DNA of 64,000 nucleotides from Octopus vulgaris (GCA_951406725.2 OX597820.1:31868001-31932000), one strand, 5' to 3'; positions 15,446 to 30,001 are shown, counted from the stretch's first letter. Notes: generated by a model from the sequence alone, not told the origin. Numbers and translations: made by a program.

Positions 15446-15845
15446 TTCTTTTATTCTTTTATTTGTTTCAGCCATTTGACTGTGGCCATGCTGGAACAAC
15501 TGCTTTGGACAAAAGAAATCAACCCCAGGGTTCTTTGGCGGAATTGCTAGGTTACGGGGACGTCAACACACCAACATCGGTTGTCAAGCGAAGGTAGGGG
15601 ACAAACACAGGCACACACATACACACACACATACACGCACGCACACACACACACACACGCACGCACACACACACACACACCTGTATACAAGACGGGCTTC
15701 TTTTAATTTCCGCCTAGTAAATCTTCTCACAAGACTTTGGTCGGCCCGAAGCTGTAATAGAAGACACTTGTCCAAGGTACCACGCAATGGGATTGAATCC
15801 GGAACCATATGGCTGGGAAGCAAGCTAATTACCACACAGCCACGG
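15446..15845 (-). mobile_element. SINE family B
   Basis: Reverse complement of head (gtggctgtgtggtaa...ccttggacaagtgtctt), internal (TG)n and tail. Confidence 0.8.
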
Positions 15846-15887
15846 TCGTGTATCATATATCCGAAAAAAAAAGCACGCTCTCAATCT

Positions 15888-16210
15888 GTAGTTCTCTACC
15901 GAGGTCCGCACAGCACCTGAGGATCCATATAAGATTTTTGGGGGTCCTCGCGACAACATAGTGAGTTTAAGATTCACAATAGTATTTTAAGGTCCCCTAA
16001 CAACATGTTGCTTTAGATAGTTTGTATTGGTAAAATATTACAGGAAACAGGTAAGTTTCTTTCTCTAACGTTTTACACAGTTCAACTTACACAAGTTAAT
16101 GTGTTAAATACAAAATACGAACTTTGAAAGAAGTTTCTATAAACCAGTTTTTAAACAGCAAATGGCTGTTCAGAATATAATGAAAGGAGCCCATAGATAA
16201 AAGATATTTC
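15888..16210. mobile_element. Possible degraded hAT-type non-autonomous element
   Basis: Start gtagttctctaccgaggtcc resembles hAT cagtggttctcaacc ends; ggggtcc subterminal motifs; no clear second TIR. Confidence 0.3.
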
Positions 16211-16315
16211 AGACCTACCTAAAGCATATATATATATATATATCGGTTGTCAAGCGTTGTATATGCATATATACAACGAGCTTCTTTCAGTTTCTATCTA
16301 CCAAATCCACTCACA

Positions 16316-16387
<72 letters not shown>

Positions 16388-16391
16388 TGCA

Positions 16392-16600
16392 CAGTGTTGG
16401 CCAAAAGTCACCTAACAGTAAATGAAAACCGAAGATTAAAACAAGAAATTATTTTATATGAGACAAATATTAAGATAAAAAAAAGTGTGATTTTAACTCA
16501 CAAAATTCAATTATTGAACATTCATTATTGGAATGAATAAATAAAATTGAATATTAAGTATTTATAGAATTTTGATTTGCTGTCGGGTAACTTTTGGCCA

Positions 16601-16606
<6 letters not shown>
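16392..16606. mobile_element. Tc1/mariner-type MITE (same family as 2509)
   Basis: TIRs cagtgttggccaaaagtcacc / ggtaacttttggccaaccct. Confidence 0.8.
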
Positions 16607-16677
<71 letters not shown>

Positions 16678-16727
16678 GTATATATATTTATATATATATT
16701 TGCATATATATATATATACATATATAC

Positions 16728-16797
<70 letters not shown>

Positions 16798-17510
16798 GTA
16801 TATAGTGGTAGATACATATTTAGATGAATAGATATGTGTGTATTTATAGAGAAAAATAGATAAATAGATGGATACAATGACAGATATATGCACACCCACG
16901 CAGACACCCACACATACAGAGATATATTTATGAATGAAAATCCCCGTGAATGAATGCAGTATATAAATGTTACAGATAGTACTCCACTACTACCAAATAA
17001 GTAGCTACGCTTCTCATATATATATATATATATATAATCTTACCCCGTGGAATGATTACATTACATGTTATATTCCTGATTTATCTGCTACTTTCTTTAC
17101 GTACCCGCTATCTATCCCTCGTACCCACACATTTCTTTCTCGTTCACGCTGTTACTGACGATGCTAATGTTTGTTTATATATGTGTGTATTTGTACGTGT
17201 GTGTGTATTTATATATGTATCTGCATACTTATGTGCATGCTTGTATGTCTTAATGCACAAACACACAAACACACGTAGGTAATATATATTTATCTATATA
17301 TTTGAATATAGGCATATGTATATTTCTGTGTATATGTGTGTATATATCTGTGTGTGCGTGCATGTGTGTGTATACGTATAGAAATATGCATGCATATGCG
17401 TTAATGAATAAAGTATATGTGCATGTATGTATATTTGTTCATATTGATATGCATGCATAGGTACATACACACACACACACATATTTACATACATGTATGT
17501 GTGTGGAGAG

Positions 17511-17572
<62 letters not shown>

Positions 17573-17659
17573 GGAAAGTTTACGAAAATAAAGAAAAGAC
17601 GAAGGCAGGTGGAGTACAAACAAACAAATGTATTAGTATAGTGCTCAGGAATAGAAAGT

Positions 17660-17695
17660 CTTTTACGTTTCGAGCCTACGCTCTTCGACAGAAAA
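17660..17695 (-). ncRNA. Hammerhead-like motif with CUGUCGA core in Penelope-like terminus (17570-17770)
   Basis: Minus strand: tttt-CTGTCGA-a-gagc-gtag-gctc-GAAA-cg-TA-aaag; same architecture as 6470. Confidence 0.55.
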
Positions 17696-17771
17696 TTACA
17701 CAGAAAAAACGAGGAGAGAAACAAGGAGAGAAAAAAATGTGTGTAGGAGCTAACGATCCATCATGGCGTCC

Positions 17772-17834
<63 letters not shown>

Positions 17835-18044
17835 AAGATTATTTACCAGCATTACGTGACGGTGGTGGTTAGGACGAATGTTACTGTTATTTTATCCTAA
17901 CCAGGACTGCCTCGTTATGTTGGCAAATAATTTTTTACCCTTGAAAACTGTTACTGAATATTTCTTGTTGAGAGATTTACAAATAGTAATTTTCTATTTC
18001 ATATATATGTGTGTGTGTGTGTCAATATCTATATCTATGTCTGT

Positions 18045-18164
<120 letters not shown>

Positions 18165-18516
18165 GTAATTGCATGTGTTGGGAAATCTATTAGGCGTGTG
18201 CGATCCACAGTGATGTGTTCAGATTTACACAAAACCAGGGGAAATCACTGTGGAACCGTCAACTGACCGATCGTCATCAGGGCGAACTCGAGGATGTGTC
18301 CGATACGAATTGAAATGAACTCTAGTGGCAGCGTCAGAAACCAACGTTTCCCTGACACGAAGCCAGTTCACTGATAATGTTTAGCAAGTTTCGCCCTAGT
18401 AGAAGCAGGTATAACACTTGTCACATTAGAAGTCGAGGAATAGGACAGTTTGATGGTACTTCTGTTGTATGTATGTGTGTGTTTGTAAGTGTGTGTGTTT
18501 ATGCTTGTGTCTGTGT

Positions 18517-18790
18517 CATCATCATCATCATCATCATCATCATCGTTTAACGTCCGTTTTCCGCGCTAGCACGGGTTGGACGGTTCGACCGGGGTCTGGG
18601 AAGCCAGGGGCCGCTCCAGGCTCCAGTCTGATCTGGCAAAGTTTCTACGGCTGGATGCCCTTCCTAACGCCAACCACTCCGTGAGTGGATTGGGTGCTTT
18701 TTACGTGCCACCTGCACAGGGGCCGGGGGTCCGGCATCGGTCACGATCGGTTCGAGCTTTTAACGTGCCAGCGGCACGGGGGCAACGGGG
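18517..18790 (-). mobile_element. SINE 3' part with (GAT)n tail
   Basis: Minus strand ggttggcgttaggaagggcatccagccgtagaaac...ggacgttaaacgatgatgatg. Confidence 0.65.
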
Positions 18791-18908
18791 TCCGGGGTAC
18801 TTTGGGGATCCGGGGTACTTTGAATGGGTAGGGGGTATGTGGAATTGCTGCAGAAAGCAGCCCGGGTCTTTGCAGTCACAGCATATCTGTATATATATAT
18901 CTTACTGG

Positions 18909-18948
<40 letters not shown>

Positions 18949-20038
18949 CACACACACACACATACACACACACAGAGTAAAATACTAGTAATTTCTAAAG
19001 AGAAAAATTTAGTCGAGACTATCATTACTTCGTTGGTACTTTATTGTGTCGTAGTTTCGTTTTATGCAACTCTGGACATATTTGTACTCGGAAAGAATTG
19101 AACCGGAAGAAATACTATAAGGCATTTTTTCCGGTGTTATAACTTGCATGTGCATGTATGCAGGGGCATGCATATGCATACATATGTATGTATGTATGTA
19201 TGTATGTATTTTTATGGGCTGTCCGGGCTTAGCCCGAGTATAAACTTAGTAAAGTGAATGTATATTTGCAAGCTGATTTAATTTCTGCCAACACTGACTT
19301 CAAGTACTTGGGTTCCTTTTATTGAGCCTGGTCGCAGTTTATTTATTTTCGTTCAGCGTCTGCCGGTCGTCTTAGAGGTGCCCTGTGTCAAAACATCATT
19401 CGTAGCAGGCATGTGAACGATGCTTTCTCAACATCGTTCACATGCCCCTGACTCGGGCTCAGAAGTCATAGCCCAAGTTGTTATCTATAATCGTAAAAAT
19501 TAAAAGTAATTCAAATTCAATTTTTTCTTGAAACAACTGTATATAGAGATTAGGATTTAACTTCCAATCTATGAAAAGTTTTAGTTGTATAATATTCTTA
19601 TAGGAACGAAAAATTATCCGACAACTCGGGTTAATACGAACGTGTAAAAGACTACCTGGCATCTCTTGCCAAAAGTACAGGCGACAGTCAGATCGCTCAC
19701 ATTTGCTGTGTACTCTGTTGTCGTTATTTGATTGGTGTTATTTTGTGCGTCTATGTATGAAGACCAGTTGTGTTTTGCAGGATAGTTTTATTTTTACCCT
19801 TAACTTAGAAATGGAGAGAGGCATCGTGATATATATAAAACAAAATAAGCCATTTGGGGATAGAAATATTGCAGAAAAACGTGAGATTCTTCGAGCAGGC
19901 ATTTGTCTAATGCAAAATCGGTGATGAGCCCGAGTGACGCTGATGACCTGGAGTCGCCTCTGATACATACACACATACATACATATACATACATACATAC
20001 ATACATACATACATACATACATACATACATACATACAT

Positions 20039-20071
<33 letters not shown>

Positions 20072-20152
20072 TATGCGTATGCGTGTATGTGCATGTGTGT
20101 GTGTGATTTACGTTGACTGTTTATGAAAAAAAACATAAGTAAATAAATATAC

Positions 20153-20697
<545 letters not shown>

Positions 20698-20785
20698 AAC
20701 ATAATTCCTGTTACCTGCTTAACATTTGCCCACCTACTATCACCACCCCTCTTCTTTTTATTCCTCAATATTCTACATTTTATAA

Positions 20786-21200
20786 GGGGGCCAACTGGCA
20801 GAATCGTTAGCACGTCAGGCAAAATGCGTTGCGGTATTTCGTGTGTCTTTATGTTCGGAGTTCAAATTCCACCGTGGTCTACTTTGCCTTTCATCCTTTC
20901 GGTGTCGATAAATGAAGTACAAGTTACGTCCTGGGATCGATCTAATCGACTGGCACCCTCCTCCAAAATTTCGGGCCTCTTGCCTAGAGTAGAAAAGAAT
21001 TACGCTTTATAAGGGTGCCAGTTGGCAGAATCGTTAACACGTCAGGCAAAATGCTTAGCGACATTTCGTCCGTCTCTACGCTCTGAGTTCAAATTCCGTC
21101 GAGGTTGACTTAGCCTTTCACTCCTTCGTAGTCGATAAAATAACCAGTTGAACATTAGAGTCGATGTAATTGACATCCCCCTCCTCTCGAATTTGATATC
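20786..21200 (+). mobile_element. Two tandem SINE family A copies
   Basis: Copies at ~20786-21002 and ~21013-21200, each preceded by tttataaggg. Confidence 0.8.
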
Positions 21201-22159
21201 CTTTCATATGTAGTAGATATATAAACAAGGCAACTTTAGTTATTTTTCCGTAGATTGAGAAAAAGGAAAAGAAACAAGAAAAAGAAAAAAGAAATGAACA
21301 ACTTTAACCGAAATTTGAACCTTTTTGGACTCTCATCACAGGCGTCTCCATCAATTTGACGAATCTCAGGGAAACAAGCAACTAATCTCTTTATAAACTC
21401 AACAAATCCGCTAGCTACAGAAAACGGGCTGCTAATTTGTATATCGTAAGTGTTTAACACTTTAATATCTGTGACCTGTAATCTATAAAGCAGAAATTCA
21501 ATTTCTAAGACGTAAACTATAGGAGAGATATATATATTCTAATATACATCATGTTTTGTCCATAACGATCAGAATATGGGAGGTTATAAATAAAAAAAAA
21601 CAGCTCTCTACAAATGATTAATGTATATACGCTGCTGATAGGCCAGTTACTGCAGTATTTATCCTGAGATAACATCGTTATCACAATAAACATCAGAGAA
21701 AGAGCGACGGTATGTTGACACAGCAGCGGCCAGAGAGAGCGCAGGTTGGGTTTCAGCATTTTGGGTCTTTTCCGCTCGTTACTGAGACAAATTTTTGTCT
21801 CTGATGTTTATTTTGTGTTTAACAGAAGTCCATAAAATATGCTTTCTGAGGAGACAAACACTGCATTATCTTGGTTGTTAATAGCGTGTATACATTAAAT
21901 ATGATACGTAGATGGCTATTTTAATCAAAAACTGCGTCAACTGCATATATATCGGATTTAAAATAAACAAATGAATAAACAAAAAATAGGAAAAAGAACG
22001 CATGATGGATAGGAAATGACGCGAATATGTAGAATGTTATAAAAAAAATCACTACGAACAAACTGAAAATGACTAATGATGACCAACCGGTAGCATATGT
22101 CATGGAGCCACCGTCAGTTTATGTAAGTACACAAATACATATGTATATTAGACATAATG

Positions 22160-22203
<44 letters not shown>

Positions 22204-22207
<4 letters not shown>

Positions 22208-23141
22208 CAAAAAAACTGTTCTCAGTATTTAAGGAAGCTGACAAATACAAACAAGAAATCATACCGCCTAATAAACACAAAGAAGAAGAAGAAGATGATG
22301 AAGAAACAACAAAAGCTATAAAACAAATGAAATCCAAACTAAAAATAGAACAGCAACGAGCCATGATAAAACGATGGCAAGAAAAACCCCTTCATGGTAA
22401 ATACTGCACTAAACTAAACGCAAAAGAAATAGACAAAGAAAAATCCCAGCAATGGTTGAGAAGCTCAGGACTCAAAGCAGAAACAGAGGGATTTTTAATT
22501 GCAGCACAAGACCAAAGCCTCCCCACCAGAAATTACCAAAAACATGTAATGAAAAGAAATATTGCAAGTAACTGCAGAATATGTGGAGATGGACAAGAAA
22601 CAATAAATCATATTATCTCTAGCTGCCCAGTCCTGGCTAAGAAGGAATATATTCACAGACATGACAGAGTTGGAACCTACATACATTGGAAGCTATGCCA
22701 ACATTATGGAATAACAACAGAAAAAAGATGGTATAGGCACACACCAGAAAAGGTCACAGAAAACGAGAAAGCAACCATACTCTGGGATATGCCGATACAC
22801 ACAGATAGAGAAATTAAGGCCAACAGACCAGATATAGTTGTCAGAGATCATGAAGAAAAAAATGCTTTCTAATTGATGTATCAATACCGGCAGATGACAA
22901 CGTGTCTCTAAAAGAAATGGAGAAACTCTCAAAATACAAAGACCTGGAAATAGAGGTAACTAGAATGTGGAACCTGAAAACAGAAACAATTCCTATCATA
23001 GTAGGTGCATTAGGCATGATAAAAAAATATTCAGACAAATACATAACAAAAACACCAGGACTTACAAACACATATAACATACAGAAAATTGCACTACTAG
23101 GCACTGCACACATCCTACGCAGAACACTTTCCATACAATAA
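22204..23141 (+). pseudogene. C-terminal zinc-knuckle/RLE coding region of R4/Dong ORF; one frameshift in the A-run at ~22860
   Basis: ORF-track entries 22069..22872 and 22902..23141 join across gaagaaaaaaatgc. Confidence 0.85.
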
Positions 23142-23235
23142 CCATCAGAGCATCACAACAAATCACAGCACATACCCAAGGCACACAGAGCTGCGCTCGG
23201 TAGTGAAGTGAAAGCACGCTATAAAAATAAAACTA

Positions 23236-23239
<4 letters not shown>
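22204..23239 (+). mobile_element. R4/Dong-clade RLE non-LTR retrotransposon, 5'-truncated (family 1), in (TAA)n
   Basis: Encodes ETEGFLIAAQDQ, CCHC knuckle CRICG..ETINHIISSC, RHD, and RLE motifs RPDIVV..IDVSIP..KYKDL..IPIIVGALG; 3' UTR ends actactgaataataa; (TAA)n on both sides. Confidence 0.92.
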
Positions 23240-23274
<35 letters not shown>

Positions 23275-23285
23275 TAATAATAATG

Positions 23286-23400
<115 letters not shown>

Positions 23401-23955
23401 TGCCCTGATGCAGTACCAGACAGTGGCTCCCATGGCTTCTGACGTTAACTGATTGGAAGTGTTATCATGTACATTGTTTTGTCTTGGTATAAAAGATGGG
23501 CTACAGCAAATATTCTGCTCAATACCACAGATTTGCTTGTCAGTTGTTTGACCTTAACCAGTTGACCATGTCCCTTAGTGGCTGACGATATGTGCATCTC
23601 TGATCATGAGCAGAAGTAGTGGGGGAGCATCATAGCCGTGTGTTCAAAGGAATTCTTAGAGGTTTGGATAATTCACCTTTGGAAACATGGGTGTTTCGTT
23701 CAATTTCCTTAAACAACCCTTATTCAGGGACCTTTTGAGCGGGATGGCTTACTCGACCTGAAGAAAATTCTAACTGGACCCCACATGCAAGGTCATGTGC
23801 TGTTTATCTTGATATGAGATCACCATGTCGCGCACATATGGTTGTGATGCATGTGCCTGGTGTACCCTTATCAGACGGGTAGTCATGATGGGTATACTGG
23901 GCTTCGTATATTTTACCCCAGTATCACTTAGATGGGATGCACTGCTCTCTCATTC
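23401..23955 (+). mobile_element. Family C element, full length
   Basis: tgccctgatgcagtacc...ctctctcattc, flanked by (AAT)n. Confidence 0.9.
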
Positions 23956-23986
23956 AATAATAATAATGTTAATAATAATAATAATG

Positions 23987-24061
<75 letters not shown>

Positions 24062-24064
24062 GCT

Positions 24065-24443
24065 TTAATTTTTTCCACAAGGGCAGCAATGTTGGGGAGG
24101 GAACGAGTCGATTACATGGATCCCAGTGTTCAACTGGTACTTATTTTACACACCGGAAGGATGAAAGGCAAGGTTGACCTCTACGGAATTTGAACTCAGA
24201 ACTAAGCATTTCGCCCAGCGTGAAACGATTCTTATTTCTTTACTACCCACAAGGGGCTACACAAGGAGGGGACAAACAAGGACAGACAAACGGATTAAGT
24301 CGATTATATCGACCCCAGTGCGTAACTGGTACTTAATTTATCGACCCCGAAGGGATGAAAGGTAAAGTCGACCTCGGCGGAATTTGAACTTAGAACGTAA
24401 CGGCAGACGAAATACTGCTAACGATTCTGCCAGTTCGCCACCT
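24065..24443 (-). mobile_element. Two SINE family A copies (24065-24228, 24233-24443)
   Basis: Both contain ggatgaaagg.aa.gt.gacctc..cggaatttgaact.agaac. Confidence 0.8.
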
Positions 24444-24813
24444 TAGTAATAATGATATAATTAAAGAAAGAAGGAACATAAAGGAAAAGAAGACTCTAGG
24501 CCTTCAAGAACTGACGATAAACAGACTTACAGACTTTCAAACAGTGGGAGAGATAATGACTCGGTGACTAGGTTCGCATTTGTGCGACGAAAATTATAAT
24601 TCTTGAAGTGAATTTAAATTTCAAGTGAATTTTACATTTTTGTGTGTTATCAAACGTATCTACCACGGTGTTAATTGCTGAAAATAATCAAGTGTAATAA
24701 ACAATTTCTTCCTACATTTACAAACTATACGCTTTGTAAAAATTTTGCAAAATTTCTTCATGTGGGTGCAGAAAGTCAACTTACACCCGGTAAAATTAAC
24801 CTACGCCCAGTAA

Positions 24814-24888
<75 letters not shown>

Positions 24889-24926
24889 TTATCTATCTAA
24901 ACACACACACACACATATATATATAC

Positions 24927-24987
<61 letters not shown>

Positions 24988-25122
24988 CATACATACATAC
25001 ATACATACATACATACATACATACATACATGTAAAGTGTGTGCATTTTCCTTCTTCAATTTCCTATATATATTATAACTCACCACTTGCAGATAATCGAA
25101 ATTCCTCCCTTTCTGTTACTAC

Positions 25123-25153
<31 letters not shown>

Positions 25154-25624
25154 TGTATGTATGTATGTATGTATGTATGTATGTATGTATGTATGTATGT
25201 ATGTATGTATGATTAATGATGAAAATAGTGACACAGAGTAATGACAAATGAATTTACTAGAAAACGGAATAAAAAGTACATCACACAATTTCCCATCAAT
25301 TGACAACCAAATATCATCACAATTTCGGCACTGTTCGACAATATTGTTCAGCTTGACAGCGCCAGTAATGTAAGCAGCCAGGGTATAAACGAGTGGGCAT
25401 GATAGACAAGCATGCACAAAAAAGTTGAGAATGAACAGTATATATACGCCTGTGAGTTTGTTTATATATGTGTGTATACGTGTGTATGTGTATGTATGTA
25501 TATATGTATGTACATATGTGTGCGTGTATGTTTGCATGTATGTATGTATGCATGTATGTATGTATGTATGTATGTATGTATGTATGTATGTATGTATGTA
25601 TGTATGTATGTATGTATGTATGTG

Positions 25625-26190
25625 TCTTCTATTTTTTAATTATTATAAATCTTCCATTGAGGAGGGAACCTGTTTCCAACAAAGATACAAAGCTCCATCT
25701 TTGGGATGTAGTTAACACAGACAAATTCACATTTGGAACTTGAGAAAAGTCTTGCATATTTTTACTGTTCCACTCACAGATTGCACTTGTAATGTACAAA
25801 TTAGCCGGTCGACTTCTCTTTCTGAAAATCCCAGTTTATCCTGATTCTCCTTTAAGCATTTACTAACAAAACCTAGTGCTCCATGGTATGAATATGAATT
25901 CATGGTCTGGATATAGCAGCTGTATGTTTCGAAGCAGCTGTCCATAGATATCCTCTTTCTCTTTGATTTCCAAAGATATATTTATATCTGCAGGGCAGCT
26001 GACCTTTATGATGGTACATACTTTTGCCCCTCTGTCCCAAACAACAATATCCGGCCTGTTCTGTTTACAATTGACAGAAGTTTTGATTGGAATATTCCAC
26101 CAGTATTCCTTGAGCTGGTGTTTATGAATGTATTCCATAACAGAAGGATTTCTAATTTTATTTGAGGAGAGTCTTTTTTTTTGCGAATTT
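25625..26190 (-). mobile_element. RLE non-LTR retrotransposon 3' fragment (family 3) inserted in (CATA)n
   Basis: Minus-strand peptide WWNIPIKTSVNCKQNRPDIVVWD..IIKVSCPAD..KEDIYG..GALGFV; both ends abut (CATA)n. Confidence 0.85.
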
Positions 26191-26241
26191 GTGTATGTAT
26201 GTATGTATGTATGTATGTATGTATGTATGTATGTATGTATG

Positions 26242-26272
<31 letters not shown>

Positions 26273-26759
26273 TGTATGTATGTATGTATGTATGTATGTA
26301 TGTATGTATGTTTGTATGTATGTATGTATGTTTGTATGTATGTATGTATGTATGTATGTATGTATGTATGTATGTATGTATGTATGTATGTATGTATTAT
26401 GTATGTATGCAAGATGATAGCCGTCCCACATTCAGCCTGATTTATTTTCATCCTGGGACATGCACACCTATCGCCGTAGGCCTTTGTAAAATACGAAACA
26501 GATCAAGAAATGAAATAATAGTGAGACGTCCGTACATTACTGGATTTAATTTGCAAAAGAATGTAGAACACTGTTGGCAGTCTTTCGATCGCCAAAGTAG
26601 ATTCCAGCGATGACTAGCATTGCAAGATGGTTGGTACTGTTTTAACTGCAAGTTTTATGTCAGAGTATCTTTCCCCTGCAAGAGCTGCCTTTCCCTACGG
26701 CTTTGTCAAAAACGACACCAGCTCCCTTTAGTCGTGGAAAATAAATTTAACTCATAGAG

Positions 26760-26908
26760 AAGACCCCTAACGGATACTACAACAGTTCCGGGTAAGAACG
26801 GACCTGAGAGTGATGGTAATTAATGGGTGACTCAATGTTTCCCACAGTACCCAAACTTCCGAACAGGACCCTCATCACCGGATGTGGTTTTTAGTGCCAT
26901 ACCCAGGT
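26760..26908 (+). mobile_element. Short interspersed repeat family E
   Basis: Similar to 33325-33455 (ccgggt.agaacggacctgagagtgatgg...aacttccgaa...accggatg). Confidence 0.55.
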
Positions 26909-27418
26909 TATATATACACATATATAGTTATGTATGTGTGTTTTGTGTGTAGGATGGATATCGGTGGGTCAACGAAATCATCTGTTCCTGATTTAACATG
27001 TACGTGCCTGCGCTTTTCACAAACACTTATGTTACAAACGTAGTTCTCTGGCAAGCGCAGCGTTATACACTACATAACAAGGCTGTGTCATTTGAATTAC
27101 ACTTACAATGAAACCGTATAGGTTTCAATGGAGTTGCAGTTCATCTAAGCTCAGTCAGGAAGAATGATTCCACCAAAGGCTAACGTAAATAACATACGCT
27201 ATGTGAGTGGCGCACACAGTGGAACCGAACGCAGGCCTTCAAGTTTACGAAATATGAAACCAAATTAAAGCAAGTACGTCCGGCTGTTTGCTTACGGTTG
27301 TTGAATTGTGTGTTTATCCTTCGCTGATTTTTCAGAGATATTTCTAGATATGAAACTACGCCACGAAGTATGATCACTCTAAAGTAATATAATTAAAAAT
27401 TAGGTATGTATGTGTGTG

Positions 27419-27450
<32 letters not shown>

Positions 27451-28021
27451 TGTATGTATGTATGTATGTATGTATGTATGTATGTATGTATGTATGTATG
27501 TATGTATGTATGTATTTATGTATGTATGTGTGTATGTATGTATACATGCATACACATAGATATAAATTGTACGAATAATTTTAAAAAAACGGAAAATGTA
27601 GAGAAAAACAAATATATAGTAGGTTAACTCTCCAGAACAATTTTACTATATGTGCATACATATACGTATATATATACACACATATATATACACACACATA
27701 TATATATACACATACACACACACATATAAAAGTTAGAGCTAATGTAACCATCTAAGCGATAGATGTACCCAAAGGCACTCCTGGTATTACCTCAGTGTTT
27801 AAGGTCCTTGTTTTAAGGTATACAGTAGTAGGTAATTTAAAAGGTAACTAATTATAAGACGGTAGATTTAACTAACTCTCTTCTCTTCTATCTTCCATCT
27901 GATATATTGAATTATTGAACTCATTAGAATGTAAGACTATTGAATTAACGAACATTTTCCCCTTTTTACTTTCTCTTCCTCACATTTTCTTTCTACTTCT
28001 ATTTATCTTTGCCATATAATC

Positions 28022-28097
28022 ATTCCGATGATGTTTATCAATTGCAACGAGGTACATACAAAATATCCCAGCTTGATATACTGAAACAGCTGTAAAC
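28022..28097 (+). ncRNA. Hammerhead motif (CCGAUGA core, long stem II) in Penelope-like terminus
   Basis: CCGATGA-tgtttatcaa...ttgatatact-GAAA-cagctg-TA; palindromic ACAGCTGT stem III. Confidence 0.6.
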
Positions 28098-29078
28098 ATA
28101 CACTCATCTTAATTGAATAATGACTTTATAGCACGAACGAGCCACTTCTCCCTGTTATTATTACTCCATATCATATTGTCTTTATATATATATATATATG
28201 CACAGGCGTGGCTGTGTGGTAACTTTCTTACCAACCACATGGTAAAAAATCGATAATAGGGCCCTTCCAATGGATCCTTCTATCTACTACACATTATTAA
28301 TATTTTAGTCAAACAACCCAAGGGAAATAACCCATGCCACCTCCAGATTTTAGCGAAGCGATCACTATTTGATTCTCACGATCAGTCGACCTAATTCTGC
28401 ATTTCACTACTCACAGAACTGCTAAACATTATTATTGCATTTCCTGAAATTGAATCTTAAACATTAAAGACTTCATTTATTCATTTCTATACATACATAC
28501 TTTGTTGAATGCCCATTACTCCGATAATTCTGCAGTTTTACAGTTACACTTTTTCCATGACAGTAGATACATTTTTTTATTCCACAATGTATTTGTAGTG
28601 GCTTCATGCAGGCATAGCGAGGATTCGATCCTCGAATGCCAAATTTCACTTAACACTTCAACAGCGCTTTTCTCAATAGTTTTTCTGTGAATGACAGCAG
28701 TTATACATTTCCCTGATGCCTTCGCTAAACAGAATAACGTTTTTGCCTCTCGCCAACCTATGACAACCTCTCTCACCAACCTATGACAATCTTTTTCGCC
28801 AACCTCCAACAATCTCTCCTAGTTCCGGTTGACAGTTTTTTTGTACTTTTTCGTGACGGAAAATACACCTTTTGTGGCAGTTATAACGAAATTGCTTTCT
28901 TATATAAGAATAATAAGGCGTTTCAATAGAACATCTTTATCCCCAGGAATTACCGGGTACACCAGCTAGTGATTAAATAAGCAAATAAGTACATTTGTTC
29001 TTTCCTAAAGAGAGCATTTAGCAAACAGGTTTGAATGAATTTCTGGTCTATTTTCTAGAACCCTTCAAACATGTCACT

Positions 29079-29120
29079 TTAGCTGATGAATGCTCTATTT
29101 AGCATGAAAACTTTTATAGC
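29079..29120 (+). ncRNA. Minimal hammerhead motif (canonical core)
   Basis: CTGATGA-atgct-ctattt-agcat-GAAA-actttta; perfect 5-bp stem II, stem I poorly paired. Confidence 0.5.
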
Positions 29121-29293
29121 AATAAATATCATTTCTCAGCACAATATATTTAGTACACTTTTGTTTGCTTATGAAGCCAATAAGAAATTACTATAAGATA
29201 CATACATACACACATGCATACGTATATACATACATACCTTCATACATAGAGACATACAGACAGACAGTCATATGTGTGTGCGTGTGTATGTGC

Positions 29294-29368
<75 letters not shown>

Positions 29369-29405
29369 TATACCAATATATATATATATATATATATATG
29401 TATGC

Positions 29406-29436
<31 letters not shown>

Positions 29437-29789
29437 TGTATGTATGTATGTATGTATGTATGTATGTATGTATGTATGTATGGATGGATGGATGGATGGA
29501 TGTGTAAGTACGTATGTATATTTTAATTCATATACGAAGATATATATCTCTCTTTGCTTATATATCTATTAAAAAAGAGACAGGAAATGAGAGAGTGGGA
29601 GACAGGGAGGTGCATTTGCACAAAATTTGAGCGCGCACACACACACACACACACACACAAATACATATACACAGGTGCACACACACACACACAGGTACAT
29701 ACACATACACTCAAATGCATGCACACAAGTAAACTCACACACATACACAGACACACTCACACACACATACACATCTGTAAACGCAAACT

Positions 29790-29935
29790 TGGTTGTGAGG
29801 TTAAGAAGCTTGCTTCCCACCCATATGGTTTCACGTTCAATCCCACTGCATGGCACATAGAGCAAATTTCATCTACTACTGCTTTGAGCCGGTCAAAACC
29901 CTGTGAGGGGATTTGGTCATAGAAATTGAAAACAA
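29790..29935 (+). mobile_element. SINE family B 5' fragment
   Basis: ggttgtgaggttaagaagcttgcttccc...gatttggtcatagaaattgaaa. Confidence 0.65.
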
Positions 29936-30001
29936 AACACTGTCTGCTTGTCCATCCATCCATCCATCCATCCATCCATCCATCCATCCATTCATCCATC
30001 C

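Noticed and set aside
21840-21945. Possible hammerhead (ctgagga gac ... aaaactgcgtc)
   Set aside because: GAAA and stem II are not intact; too decayed to call.
23580-23700. ctgacga ... gaaac inside family C as a hammerhead
   Set aside because: No stem II or stem I pairing links the two motifs.
26948-27240. Possible mariner 5' remnant
   Set aside because: Only a weak TIR resemblance, with no partner TIR or transposase motif.
28516-28812. 98-aa non-repetitive minus-strand ORF
   Set aside because: No recognisable motif or splice context; probably chance or decayed transposon sequence.
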